A DNA stretch of 64,000 nucleotides from the human T2T-CHM13v2.0 reference genome, Homo sapiens (GCF_009914755.1 NC_060931.1); one strand, 5' to 3'. Numbered from the stretch's first letter, positions 17,380 to 30,424 are shown. Made by a program: numbers and translations. The notes: a model not told the origin generated them from the sequence alone.

Positions 17380-18010
17380 AGGGTTAAAGAAAAAGACAAA
17401 CATTTCAAAAGAAAAATAGGCAATTCCACTAAGAAGAAACACAAATCAATACATGTATGAAAGACACTGATCCTCTAAGTGATTTCTTGTTCATTAAGGA
17501 GAAATGAAGATATTTTTCTCTCATCAGATTGGCAAAGAATAAAAAGACTGATGACTCCAGTGTTAACATGTAGTGCTGGTGGAGCAGAAACTGGCACCAC
17601 CTTCCCAGAGGGCAAATTTGGCAATATAAATCAAAATTATAAATGTATTGTGTCTTTGATCCAGAAAACCCACATGGAAGAATTTACTTTATAAAAATAT
17701 TTGGATGGATTCAAAAATATGTATGTACAAGATTGGAAAAGTAAAAAACAAAAAACCTAGATAATTACCAGTCTTGATGCTGATCTGACACATCCACACA
17801 CTGGAACAACACGACACCATTAAGGGCTGTGTTGACATGGAAAAATGTTCACAACATACTAAGTGAAAGAAACTGGCTATAAGATGGAAATGTTATAAAA
17901 CTGGATTGTGGTGATGGTTGCACAATTCTGTAAACTTAACTCAAAATCATTGAGTTGTGCACTTAAAATGGGTGAATTTTATGGTATGTGATTTATACAA
18001 TACAGTTGTT
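17380..18010 (+). mobile_element. Old L1M (L1ME/L1MB-like) 3' fragments
   Basis: ATCAGATTGGCAAAG and GGATTGTGGTGATGGTTGCACAATTCTGTAAA...CACTTAAAATGGGTGAATTTTATGGTATGTGA; boundaries approximate. Confidence 0.65.
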
Positions 18011-18064
18011 TTAAAAAAGAAGCTGGATACAAAATATTGAGTCTGGATCCCATCTTGTTTAAAA

Positions 18065-18065
<1 letters not shown>

Positions 18066-18108
<43 letters not shown>
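18066..18108. repeat. (AC)~21 microsatellite
   Basis: Seen directly. Confidence 0.97.
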
Positions 18109-18112
<4 letters not shown>

Positions 18113-19484
18113 TGCTTTCTCTCTCTCCTTCTCTTTCTCTTCCTGGAAGGATATATCCCCCAATAATAATAATGATTAACCTGGGTAGTGGTGGTGGTAG
18201 TTTTCCTTTTTATGCTTCTCAGCATTTCTCGCAATGAGCTTCTATAATCAGCTTTTATAACGGGCAGGGAGTGAAGGGAGCTATTTCGAACACAGTAGAT
18301 AACATGTGTGTAAAGTTACCTAACATCGGTGTATTATCAACATCAAACAGCTAAATGGCCATCTTAGTTTTTACTCAGATTCTTTTGATTTGTCTAAACT
18401 CATTTTTTTCTGCTCCGGTATAATGTTTCATCATCTTGCCCGGAACGCTGCAGTTTGTCTTATCTTCAGAAAAATTCACACTCCAAGATACAGCTGGAAG
18501 CAGCAGTGTTTCTACCAAAGGAAGAGATTACTCAGCTCATGCAGTTGGGGGCCATTCCCCATCCTACCCCTTGTTGTAGCTTGATGAAAATTCCCAAAAC
18601 CCCTTCCTGCTCACATTCAGTTCTTGTAGCTATCTTGGGAATTGATTATGCTAATGCCTATTCCCCAGGGCCTTTGAAAATCTTTATTTTCAAATGAACT
18701 CATTTTACTTTTTACTCAGACCATTACATATGGTTCTCTAATGGCCTGTGGGCCCAATATTGGTGATCTATGAGAATCCTTAGGGTAGCCTCTTGAATTA
18801 ACACTCAGATATGCACAGCTAGCTTTCTGTCTTTGGCCTAAAGTTAAAATGGGAATGTCATTGAATACAATCCAGATATGACCTCACTGGTCCTTCATCC
18901 AGTGCGGGGCGATTCATCACCCTGGCAATTGTTTTGCAAGGGCGAGTGGGATGAGGTGGATTTGAAGATGCACAGGGACTCTTGCTTTAAGGACTACAGC
19001 AACATCATTCTGTGAACACACTAAGACCCAGATGCTACTCAGATGAAGCTGATATGACTAACCGTAACATTCAAATTGGCCAAATCAAGGAGAAGCTCTC
19101 AGAAAAGCACAGAGCATGCATCGTCAAATCTAAAAAACTGTCAAAGGGTAATGAATTATTCCCCAAAGCTTTCAGGATCTGCATTAATTTGGCAACTCAA
19201 ACACTGAGCATCATCCAACAACCTCAGAGACTGGGATTGCCAAATGTTTATTGCCAAACTAAAAGGAGAAAATGGAAAGTCTTCTGCTTAACCACAGTAG
19301 TGGTATTGGCTACATTTTTAGAAGAGTGCAGTAGAATAAGGGCTCTGCTGACAAGGACTGGGGCAAGGAGGTTTGCCTCTGCTTCCCCCGGGAACTCAGG
19401 CCTATGGCCATCGCCAATTCATGCAACTTACGTTTCAGCCGAAATCAGAAACATCACCACAAAGGAAAGAAAAGATCAGGCACA

Positions 19485-22400
19485 AATCATATCAATATGG
19501 TTTATTGAATGAATGGCTAGACCTATCAGGAAAACAGCCTACTTTTTTCCCCCTACAATATAATTAAAAGTTTGTAATTCTCATTCCTTAAGTGGTACTT
19601 TGCAAGGTGTCCATTAACAGACAAAATAACCTCGGAAGCCCTGGAGCACCTGTCTTCAAGATAAGACAGCAGACACAGGCGGTGGAAATGTGGAAATACG
19701 CATTCCCCAGAGCAGATGTTTCAGTTCCTGAATTTCCATCGCCTTTTGTGCAGGCAAGCGGAGGAAAGTTTTCAAAAGAATCTCGGCTGACTAGGAGGGA
19801 AGGGAAGCCAATAGCGAAGGGAAAGGTACATTTTCACGGTAAGTTAGAGGCATCACCAAAGGAGAACATGGTTGTGCCCACCCAGAGTGAGAAGCATAGA
19901 GCGGAGTGGCTGAAAGAACACCCTCTGGAGCCACAGTTCTCAGGCTGGCTCCTGGCTTTTCAAACCCTTGGTCAGAGACTGAAGGCAAACCTGAGTCACT
20001 TAATTTCTACCCGAACCTCAGTCTCCTCATCTGAAAATGGGGGTGCCTGCCTCATCAGACTGTTGTGGAAATTAAATGGGTCAAAACATATAATGAAGAA
20101 TCTAGGAGCAAAGTAAGCTCTCCACAAACATTGGCTAGTATTATTATTTTCTGGAAATCTTCAAGATTTGAAACAAAAGAGAAAACCTACTCTTAAGATG
20201 GGGGTGGTGTGTGACCTTTGCGTGCTGAATTTGGGAGGATACTTTAAGCCTGGCAGAGACAGGGTAATAACACCCCCAGCAGCTCTCTGGGTACTTCCTG
20301 TAGAGGGAGATCTAAAAACCTCAGGGTTTTGAATGCCTCGCCCACAAAGGCAGGATACACAAGGGGGACAGAAGATAACGAGCTTTCTGGGTCTCCAGAA
20401 TGACAGACTAGCACTGAGTGGCCACCACAGTGGGCATCACATCCAAACTTCAATCTTGACAGGTTCAATTCATTTATTCATGAACACTTATTAAGGGCCA
20501 CTGTCACAGGGTTGGTGATTTTCACTCTCTGGGAGCTTATAGTCAAAATAATTGCAACAGGAAGACATATTGATATCCTTTAAAAGATGCAGCCCATCCG
20601 TCCACAGCATTTGAGAAGTGGCCTCTCTTTGCCTCACATTTTACCAGGTGCTTCAGGATGTTACACAGGTGAGAATTTGCTTCTGTACAGAACAAAGAGG
20701 ATCAGCAACAGAGAGGGGAGCCATCAGGGGATCACAATGTGACAGACACCGTTTCGAAAACACATAAAATCATGCACCGAATCCTGTTCTGCCTGAATTC
20801 AAGGCTGACAAATTTCCACCATTACATTTTTTATGTTGTAACTGACCTGTGTATCCATTTAAAGATGTCATAATAATAATTTCAATAATTATTGTAAATC
20901 TAGGAAAGTATTACTACCCAAATGTATTCTGAACATTTTGGAAGCACAATGTTATTTATTGCTTTTGCATGAAAAAATAATTGTTAGTGAAAAATTAATG
21001 GACCTGCATGTAAGTACTCAACATGCTCACATAATTAAACTGGTGAATTATATTCCACACATTTGCGGTGTTTCCTGGGGAAAAAAAAGTATCGTGGGAG
21101 TTAAATCTTTGAAAGAATTGGGAAGAAAATAAACACACATTAAAGACACTGAGAACGTTTTAGAACTGGAGAAAGAAAGGTTCTTACTGATTATCTTCAG
21201 AGTAGAGCAAGAAGGTGGTCATGGATTTAAATCCAGGTGGACAGAAACTAATTATTCGCTCTAAAAAAGTCAGATAACATAAAAGACAGAATCTATAGCC
21301 AATAAACAACATGACAGAAACCAAAACCAACACAAGAAAAATTACCTACGTATTTCTTCCTAGCCTAGGACTCTGATTTCACTTACATTCCACAAGGGAA
21401 TTAGAGAAAACACGATTTTTTGTTTTGTTCTGTTTTCTTGGTCGAGTAGCCTAAAGTCTTAAGAATTTTTGTATAATTTAAATAGCACCACAGGAAAAAT
21501 CCCTGAGCAACTAATGAATGTTATTTGGTCTCTTTTCATTCGGATTTATACCAAGCCCAATATGATCGTGCTGGTCCTGGCTAACCACTAAAGGTTAAAA
21601 AAAAAAAAAAAGATAAAAGATAAAATGAATGCAGGCCATTTAAATCATTCCATACTTTTTCAAGAGATTGAGCCTGACATTATTACAGCCCAGGGTGTTC
21701 CTTTTGTTTTCAAATAAGTAATGTAGCTTTCTCCTTTCTCTCTCGCTTTCTGCTTCTTTTCTTCTCTCTGCCCTCCCTTCTTCCCATTTCCTTGCTTCTT
21801 TCTCCCTTCCTTTCTTTTTTTCTTTTCTCCCTTCCTTAAACACAAACCCCTTTAAAGCATTTAAGGTATTATTTAAACTTTGGCCATCACTGCTGTTCAG
21901 GGTGCTGTAGTTGTACATCGATGAAGCACCTTCTGTCTCAGGGTTCACAAGCCCCAGACAAGGGCAGCTAGTCAACCCCTGAGACGCTGGTAGGAAGCCA
22001 TGATCCAGTTGTTGAAGGTGGCTTCAGTCCCAGCCTGAGCAGGAAAAGAAATCCAGGCTTTCTGACTGGAGAGCTGAGGCCCCCTGCCCTAATTGGACTG
22101 ATTTCCTGATTCATTTATTTTTTTTAAAAAATGCTTTCCTAGGAGATGCAGCAAAAATCACACCAGTCTCCTGTGGCTCCCCCAAATCATCTCGACAGAA
22201 AAGAAGAGAGAAGTTGGCAGTTTTCAGCATATTAATAGCAAACGACAAATTAGTAACTATGTACTTTAATCTTCAACATTCATAATTGCACAAAGCATCA
22301 CTGGTCATTTAAATAATACATGTCAATTAATCTAATGAAGAAACTGGCAAAGTAGAATGTTAAAAGCAATACCTCGAGCACGTAAAGAATGTTTGATATT

Positions 22401-23217
22401 AACACTTAACATGCAAAACGCAGATTAGAACAGCTCTTTTGAGCATGGTTATTTAAAATCCTTACCAACAGGGCAAAGCAAGCACTGTGGAGAAATACAC
22501 ATAAATATATCCAACCTGCCAGATCTCTCAGGTGAGTGCACACCAATTCTAACAGGTCTGGCTGACCTGGCTTTCCACATATATACAGTGGTTTCTAATA
22601 CTCCAAAGTTGTCTGACGATGGGAACGCAGAATCGGAACAAGGAGGGAAGACCATTTACTTTCAAAATAGAATCCGGCAGGGAAGTCTCAACTCCTGACA
22701 AGTCACCTTTAAAACAGCATAACCAGAACTTTCTTACAGAGAAAAATCTTTTTTCCTTAAAAATGTATATGTGGCAAAAATGGCTGAAAATCTTGTCCAT
22801 GCTAGGGGAAAGCTGAGTGTGGAAAAATGTGCATTTTTCTATCTATGCTGTAAAGAAAATACAAAGCCAGAGCATTTTGGCATTAGCAAAGGCTGAACTA
22901 AGTTCTCAGGCAATAAATTTATGGGGAAACATGACAGGCTCCTCATTAAAGCTATGTGTACGTTGGCTGAATTTTATACAAGATTCTTGAATCTTGTGGA
23001 AAATTGGGCATGGCTTGACATCTGAACAATGTCCCTGGTTTGTTTGATTTCTAAAGCATCGGAAAATGTTGCACTTTGGAAATCAAGTAGAGAAGAATAA
23101 ACACACTCTAAAACAGAACTGGGCTGAATCTGAAAGTTATTTTTCCATATGTCTCTATGAGATATTTATTACGTTTATTTCTCATACAAACACAGCCCCC
23201 ATGCTAGAAATACTGTG

Positions 23218-23248
<31 letters not shown>

Positions 23249-24606
23249 TGGTGGCGAGAAAATAGTACTGTTAAGGCAAATCTTACCCCGTAGCAGTTAC
23301 CAGCAGGACAGGCAATTTTCAGTGGGCTTTTCAGAAGCTGGTTGCCATGACAAAGAGCACAATTTATTCCTCAGTCCCTTATCACAGCTACGATCACAGA
23401 CCATAAAAATTAACACCGCTCTTTTCCATCTGATTTCAGAGTTCCTCATCCTTACCTGAGGCCTTTTGTTCCCCCAATTAAATGGAATGAATGTCAGTCA
23501 TTTAGCAATTCAATTAATGCTGATTCAAAATTCCGGCCAAAACCAGAATCTATAATCACAACTTCCTAATCACAGTTCAGTCATGAGAATGAAAAGTAAG
23601 CAGGAAATTGCACTAATTACTCAATTAGACTAATACTGTATTTCTAAGCAAGGGCTTACGAGGTTGTCAGCCCTGACAAGGGACTTCGGAGTCCTCTTCA
23701 CCTTGTGTGTCCACAGTTGTCCAACCAAAGCTGGTATTTTCAACTGGCCATAATTTCTGTCCATCTAACATGGATGGACTGAAGCTGGGCAATGGGCGTC
23801 ATAACTGATATACTGACCACAAGTGAGGGCCGCTTTGGTGGGCTTCAAGGGGCACAGGCCGGTGTGGTGGCCAGGGCTTTCCCATGAGAGGCCCTCCTCC
23901 CCGGTGTGAAGACACCCACATGCATACCTTTCTGGCTCCAGGAAATATCTAGTAAGGGGGAGCATTCAGTGAGTGTACAGCTACTTTCCTCATCTTCAAT
24001 TTCAGTGAGTACACAGGCACTGGCTTCCATACTCAAAACAGGGCCTGCAATATGCTGGGCAGAGAGCTCCTTGCTGAGTGAGCCTGCTGGGGTGGGGTCT
24101 GCAGGCGGCTGGAACCTAAGGCTCATCTGCACCCTTGGAAACAGCTTCTCACACCAAGACTGCCCGGAGAAGCCTTCATGAAGTCAAGAACAGTGAATGA
24201 AAAGGTGGCAGGGACAGGCACACGGGCAGATGTGACTGAAGTATTTACAAAACAACACAGAGAGACCCAACAAGCTGGACCTTATTAAAAAAAAACAAAA
24301 CAAAAAAACTAAAAACGTAGATACTTTTTTCCTATACAGTTTCACAAGACTTAAATATGCTGTAAACAACAGGGAGGAGACTAGAGCCTGTCACACCTCT
24401 GGTTTTTATGGTCACCTGTCAAAATCCTTCCTGAGGTGGCCTCCTGAGGGGAGAGGAACTGGAGACAGGGACAGGGAAGAGGCCTATCCCATACATATGT
24501 CATGGTCTTTCCTCTGCAGAAGTTTCTGGAAATGACCCAACTTGGGAAATGCTCAGGGGTTCTGAAAAGAGGAAGAACATTTATTTGCCTAAGTGAGACA
24601 AAGTCT
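19485..24606 (-). other. CEP41: CEP41 long 3'UTR (about 5.1 kb)
   Basis: Alu-free stretch between the stop codon and the distal AATAAA; end position is inferred. Confidence 0.65.
19501..19506 (-). terminator. CEP41: Likely distal CEP41 polyadenylation signal (AATAAA on - strand)
   Basis: TTTATT on the + strand; downstream on the - strand lies a GU/U-rich tract (GATTTGTGCCTGATCTTTTCTTTCCTTTGTGGTG). Confidence 0.7.
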
Positions 24607-24755
24607 TTACTTCCAGGGTTTGCCTTGCAGGTGACCACTGCTGAGGGAGCGGGGGTTTGAGTGGCTGGCGGGGCCGCCACCTGGCAGATTCTGAGCGCTT
24701 CGGGCACCAGGCACCTTGGACTCTCTTCCGGAGGAGTTAGCTTGGTTCAGTCGGC
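24607..24755 (-). CDS. CEP41: CEP41 exon 11 coding part (RLNQANSSGRESK...GKPWK*)
   Basis: TTCAG| acceptor, TAA at 24609-24607; 149 nt. With a 33-nt exon 1 outside the window (recalled, not seen) the total is 1122 nt = 373 aa. Confidence 0.95.
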
Positions 24756-25244
24756 CTGAAGGGAGCAAGAAAGAAGGAACAGAGCTGCAAGAATGATTCC
24801 AGGGACAATCTGCCAAGTACAGTTTTAAGCTAATGAAGTCCTAGCCTACAACCACTTTTAAGCTAATGAAGTCCTATGCAGTATCTACTTTAGGCCAACG
24901 ATGGCCTACTCCTCATCCTTGAGATCAGCCTGAAGGTGGGGAGGGGGACAGAAATGAAGGGAAACCCAGATAGGTTTTTTTTCCCTTCCTCTCCAACATC
25001 CCCAACAAACCTAGTCTGTCCTCCACTACTTCCTTGGTAGAGAGGATGCAGACGAGGAGTGATTTGGGGAAAGAAAAGAGAAAGCAGTACGGTGAAACTA
25101 AGGTAGGAAGACAAACCACAGAGGCTCTCAGAGTGGAGAAGCAAAAGCTGCAGAAGGAATCGAAAACTTTCCAAGAAGGAATCTGAAGGTCTGATGCTTA
25201 ACTCCTCAATTTTACCTGAGATATACTTTTTGATGAAGTCTCTA

Positions 25245-25576
<332 letters not shown>

Positions 25577-25755
25577 TCAATGCGTAATTCTTGCCACTAT
25601 CTGGGGTCACCTCCACTGCCTCCCCTCCCCAGCACCTGTAACATACCTCCCTAGTATTTTAAGAATCTAAATATAAGAGATGAAGGTTTTCATATGATGA
25701 GGTGATATTCAAAGCTGCAAACCAAACATTATCTTTAAAGGTCAAAAGATCTTAC

Positions 25756-25971
25756 TAGGATGATCTGCAGGCCCTTGCTCCTCTTCCAGATAATATTCTA
25801 TCTTTTTTAAGTCTTCTGGGGTAAATCTCCATTTATTCTCAGCTGGTAGGGGTGGCCCTTTGGGGCTGGATCGTTTCCGGGCAGACCCAGGAGGAAGGGC
25901 CTGCTGGCAAGATGCTGGCAGGGAACCAGTAATCAGTCCTTCCGGGAATTTCTGAGCTAAGACTTTTAGAC
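25756..25971 (-). CDS. CEP41: CEP41 exon 10 (LKVLAQKFPEG...GPADHP)
   Basis: CCTAG| acceptor, A|GTAAGA donor; 216 nt, phase 1-1. Confidence 0.95.
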
Positions 25972-26423
25972 CTAGGTTTGGAAAATCATCAGAAAAAGCT
26001 GCATTAATATGGCAAGGCCAGGCCAAAACCTGGAAAGAAGCCTGCATGTCTTCTAATCTCTGGTCATCAAGTTGAGGCCAACACAAGGACATGAAATCTT
26101 TCTTAACTATTTCATCATTAAGCAAATTATACCAGAAAATATCTGTTGTTACATGGGATTCTGAGAATTCCACAAGAAATCCTTTTGCTCGAGTCTTCAG
26201 CATTAGGGCTTTGTGACAGAGCCCTGAAGCAACATCAGGAATTAAAAACATGTGCTGATGAAGCTAAGGGAAGTTTCACATAACTCCTGACTCCTTTCAG
26301 CCAGCATGGCTTTTTCTCTTTCCAGAACACTGAATTCTGAGCACCAAGAGAGAAAAGGGGATGCAGGTGGGACTGAAGGATGATCAGCCTTTGAAGTCCC
26401 AAGCAGAGTATCACCTTGCTCAC

Positions 26424-26538
26424 CTCCGGAAAGCATGAAGAGGTTTTCAAATCCACGCTCGCACATGGTGGTGGCCGCCTGACTGGCCAGCCTTTCATCA
26501 TCGTCATACAGAATGATGATCTTGCCATGGGCATTTTT
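26424..26538 (-). CDS. CEP41: CEP41 exon 9 ([38 protein letters not shown]; rhodanese-like domain)
   Basis: 115 nt; G|GTGAGC donor. Confidence 0.96.
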
Positions 26539-27597
26539 CTAAGAGTCAGATGAGTTAAGGTTCCAAGGCACTGGGCTGATGTCCCAAGACTACGAGAAAC
26601 CCCCAAGGAATAAAAGGTCAGGTCCACCTGTCTGAGTTCCCGGGAACGATGGACAAGCCCATTCCTACCGTCACACCAGCAGGGACTGGATGGTTTCCCA
26701 TCATGGAAACCACACAAGCTGGTATTCGTTTCTTTTGCAAACTGATGTTACCATGATCTAAAAGACAGCACTAGTTCCGGACTTTACATCCTTTAGCTCT
26801 CTTATCCCTATGACCCTGGAAAGTAAATATTACAATCCCCATTTTACAGATGAAGAAATAGAACAACTTCTATGCCTAATGTGTCCACTGAAGCCTATTT
26901 ATGACAGTAAAAATGTGGGAGCCATCTAAAAAGTCCAAAATAAAGGAATATTTTAGTAAATCATAGTAAATCTGAAGATATTACACAGCATCAAAAATGT
27001 GGTTTACAGAAGGCTTGCATCAGCATGGGGAAATACATCGGGATATGAACTGAAAAAAAGCAGGATACTAAATTACATATATAGTAAGGTTTCAACTTTG
27101 TTAAAAAAAAACAAACACACAGAAGACAGTCTGGAATAAAATATACTAATAATGTAATAGAAGCCACTGCTCAACTGTGTGATTATAAGATATTTCAATT
27201 TTCCTTTTAATAATTTTTGGTATTTAAATTATTTTCTGCTTGTATAATTTTTATCAATGAAAAAATTAAAATTTTAAAGGAAAAAATTAAAATAGAAAAA
27301 AACCCTAAGTTCTGCTATGGAAAGTTTTCTGGGAGGAAAAAAACTCTCTTAGGACTAACTCTCAATGGATCCTAACTCTTAACCTAGTGTTTTTTGGCCC
27401 AGGGCAAGACGGTTTGAAAGCATCCGCCTAAAGAGTCAGGATTCTTGGCAATAGCTAGGAATCCAAATTCTAAAATATGCTCAGCCAAATAATATCAAAG
27501 GTCCTTCACAGCATTCTTACCAGGAGCGTGGTTCATGATAACTTTGATTCTTACAATCCTCATACCACCCAATTCCTTAAAATGCAACAAAGGATAC
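26539..27597 (-). other. CEP41: U12-type (minor spliceosome) GT-AG intron, CEP41 intron 8
   Basis: 5' site GTATCCTTT (27597-27589); branch site CCTTAAC (26560-26554) just upstream of the TAG acceptor; no long polypyrimidine tract. Confidence 0.93.
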
Positions 27598-27665
27598 ATA
27601 TTCAAGAATATCATTTGAATAAGGGTTCATTGTTCTAGACAGAGTTGCAATTGGGTAACTGTAAG
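27598..27665 (-). CDS. CEP41: CEP41 exon 8 (AYSYPIATLSRTMNPYSNDILEY)
   Basis: TTGCAG| acceptor; 68 nt. Confidence 0.96.
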
Positions 27666-27747
27666 CTGCAAAGAGAAGAAAAAGTTTAGGAAGTCTGTTG
27701 TTCTCTTAATACAACTTGGCCTCAATTCCCAGCTGGTTTAAAATCTA

Positions 27748-28082
<335 letters not shown>

Positions 28083-28363
28083 CAACAAGCCATAAACCTA
28101 AACACTTCTGTGAAAGAAAAGAAAGAGCACTATGAACAAAGCATGAAGCTTCACTTCCCTGCTTCTGACAGCCATCTGTGAAAATCAGCAGCCTCTCAAG
28201 AGTATTTTATGGTGGAGCCAACCCTATAGGATTCCATAATGGATCCAGCTAACATACGGTTTCCTCAACTGTCTACCATGGGCTGTGGTTCCAGCCTGCC
28301 TAGACTCAAGAGCAGGCTCTCTGTTCTTGAGAGTGAGGCACTTTAAAGCCTTCTCTCTCTTAC

Positions 28364-28515
28364 CTCCAACAATGTGGCACTGCTGGTAAGAATCTCTATC
28401 ACGCACATCTAGCAGCAGGAAGGGGCAGTCAGGATAAGGTTTGTCTTTGGTATGGGGCTCTGCTTTCTTCACTGGCCCTTTGTCTAGATCCAGTTCCCCA
28501 ACACCACTGATGACA
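28364..28515 (-). CDS. CEP41: CEP41 exon 7 ([12 protein letters not shown]...[20 protein letters not shown])
   Basis: Rhodanese LLDVR..Y...HI.GA signature; 152 nt; G|GTAAGA donor. Confidence 0.96.
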
Positions 28516-30279
28516 CTGCAAGTGAAAAAGTAGGTCAGCAGAAACTAGTCAGAGGTTGGTGGCTTAAAGGTCGAACGTGTCTCTTCAGAATAGTGAGGTG
28601 AGTGCTCAATGTCTTTTCAAAGGACGCTTCAAAGGCAAAGGAAAATGGACGTGGTGTCTCAGTTCTGCCTCTGAATGCAGGATCCTGTGGATTTTCTCTT
28701 CTACTACACTGGACCCCACAGAGGAGACCCACATGTCCACACTCACCTTCAGACAATGCGTGTCAGTGCATTACATGGCTGAGGGGGTAGGGACTGAAGG
28801 GCACATGCTGCCTCTAGCCACAAGGGCAGCATCAGAGGGAGAAAGAGGGGAACTGTGAATCCAGTAGAGCGAAAGAGGGAAGAATATGGTTGGTAGGACA
28901 GGAAAAAGGAAAGACATTTCTTTCTACGTGTAAGTAATATAAAGTAACAATAATGCTTTATATATTTCATATATGTAGTCAGTGACATATCTGCTATGGT
29001 ATTGAGTCTTAATACTTACATAGCTCTCTGTACTTACTCCAGTTTTATAGGTTACAACATTGAGGTTGACGAGGCTTTAGATTTGGTGGCATTCATAGAA
29101 TGAGGCAGAGGAAGAGCTGGGATTAAAATGAGGAAGCTAACCACTACCACTAACAGTTCTAATTCTAAGGTCATTCAATCACTGAAACTGGTCACCATCT
29201 TAATATTATAGGGAAAATGTGGTAAAAACATGAATCAAAGTAATAACAAGACTAGGTGTTATGAACAAAATGGCAAGCAGTGAAATATCCTTACTGGAAT
29301 AAGAAGATGGTTACTTTCTTAGGAAATATTAAGACTCATATGCTAAATCACAGATTAGTATGTAGCATAGCTCCTTTCCCATAACAGCAAATCAAATTCT
29401 GCATTTAAATCCAATAAACACTATAACTCTATGCTATATGGTGCATATTTTGTTGAACCAAAGGAGAAGAACATCTGTTTGATAAGAAACTGCATCCTCA
29501 GTGGAAGTCCTGTTGGCCTATCTCTTCTTGAGTGCAATTTTAGAGTCCTCTCGCAAAAGTAACTATAATAATATAAAGCTAAAAGAATAATAATAATGGT
29601 GGGATGATGATAGCAATTCTTTCTCTGGTAGAACTAATTTCTCCAGAACTATTTTATCAGTCAAAGGGATGGACATCTGCTGAAAATCAGTACTGCCCTA
29701 TAATCAACAGTTAATATTAGTTAGAAAGTACTACACGGACTAAAGTCCATGTAATCCTTGGAATAAGGAGGCCCATGCCTTAGAAGAAGGAGCAGAAAAA
29801 TAAAATAAAAAGAAGGAACAGCCACATTCAGCTTTAGAATAAACACCAAGTACTGCTTTTTCCTTTGCACCTACTCAGTATCAGAGCACTATGTGTGGCA
29901 CTGTCACTTCCGGACAGGGTATTATAAGCTTCAGCAGTCGGAAAAGGGGGAAAAATCATACTCTCTGAATCAAAAGATAGTATTTGTAAAGCTAATTCCT
30001 CATAACAAACTTATATGTAGGAGGGAGAAGAATGGAACGAGAAATGAAAATTAAACTCTCCTATTAATATATTCTCACATTAACTCAGTAAGAATGCAGT
30101 GAAAAAGATTCAGGAGGTAGCATTTATATAAAGATAAAGTAGAAGGCTGGGATTAAAATGTGAGACTTTACTCCTGCCAGTTCTGTTTCTAAGGCAAGAA
30201 AAAAAAAAGATCCCTGAAATTGGCGTCTAGATTAATATAAAGGCAAAATGCAGTGAAAATATGAATCAGCTTCGAGTAC

Positions 30280-30424
30280 CTCTGAAGAGTTGAGCGGCTG
30301 GAGTCCCCTGCTCCTGCGTTGTTTATGAACTGCTCAGGGCTCGGCGACTGCTCACCTGGATTTCCTTTCCCATTGGTCCTGGCAGTGGTTTCAGCATCAG
30401 GGTCTGAAGCTGCAGAATCATTGT
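30280..30424 (-). CDS. CEP41: CEP41 exon 6 (NDSAASDPDAETT...SRSTLQ)
   Basis: 145 nt; weak donor AG|GTACTC is required by phase. Confidence 0.93.

Noticed and set aside
28805-28832. 8-bp inverted repeat ATGCTGCC/GGCAGCAT
   Set aside because: Stem too short for a miRNA or snoRNA call and expected by chance.
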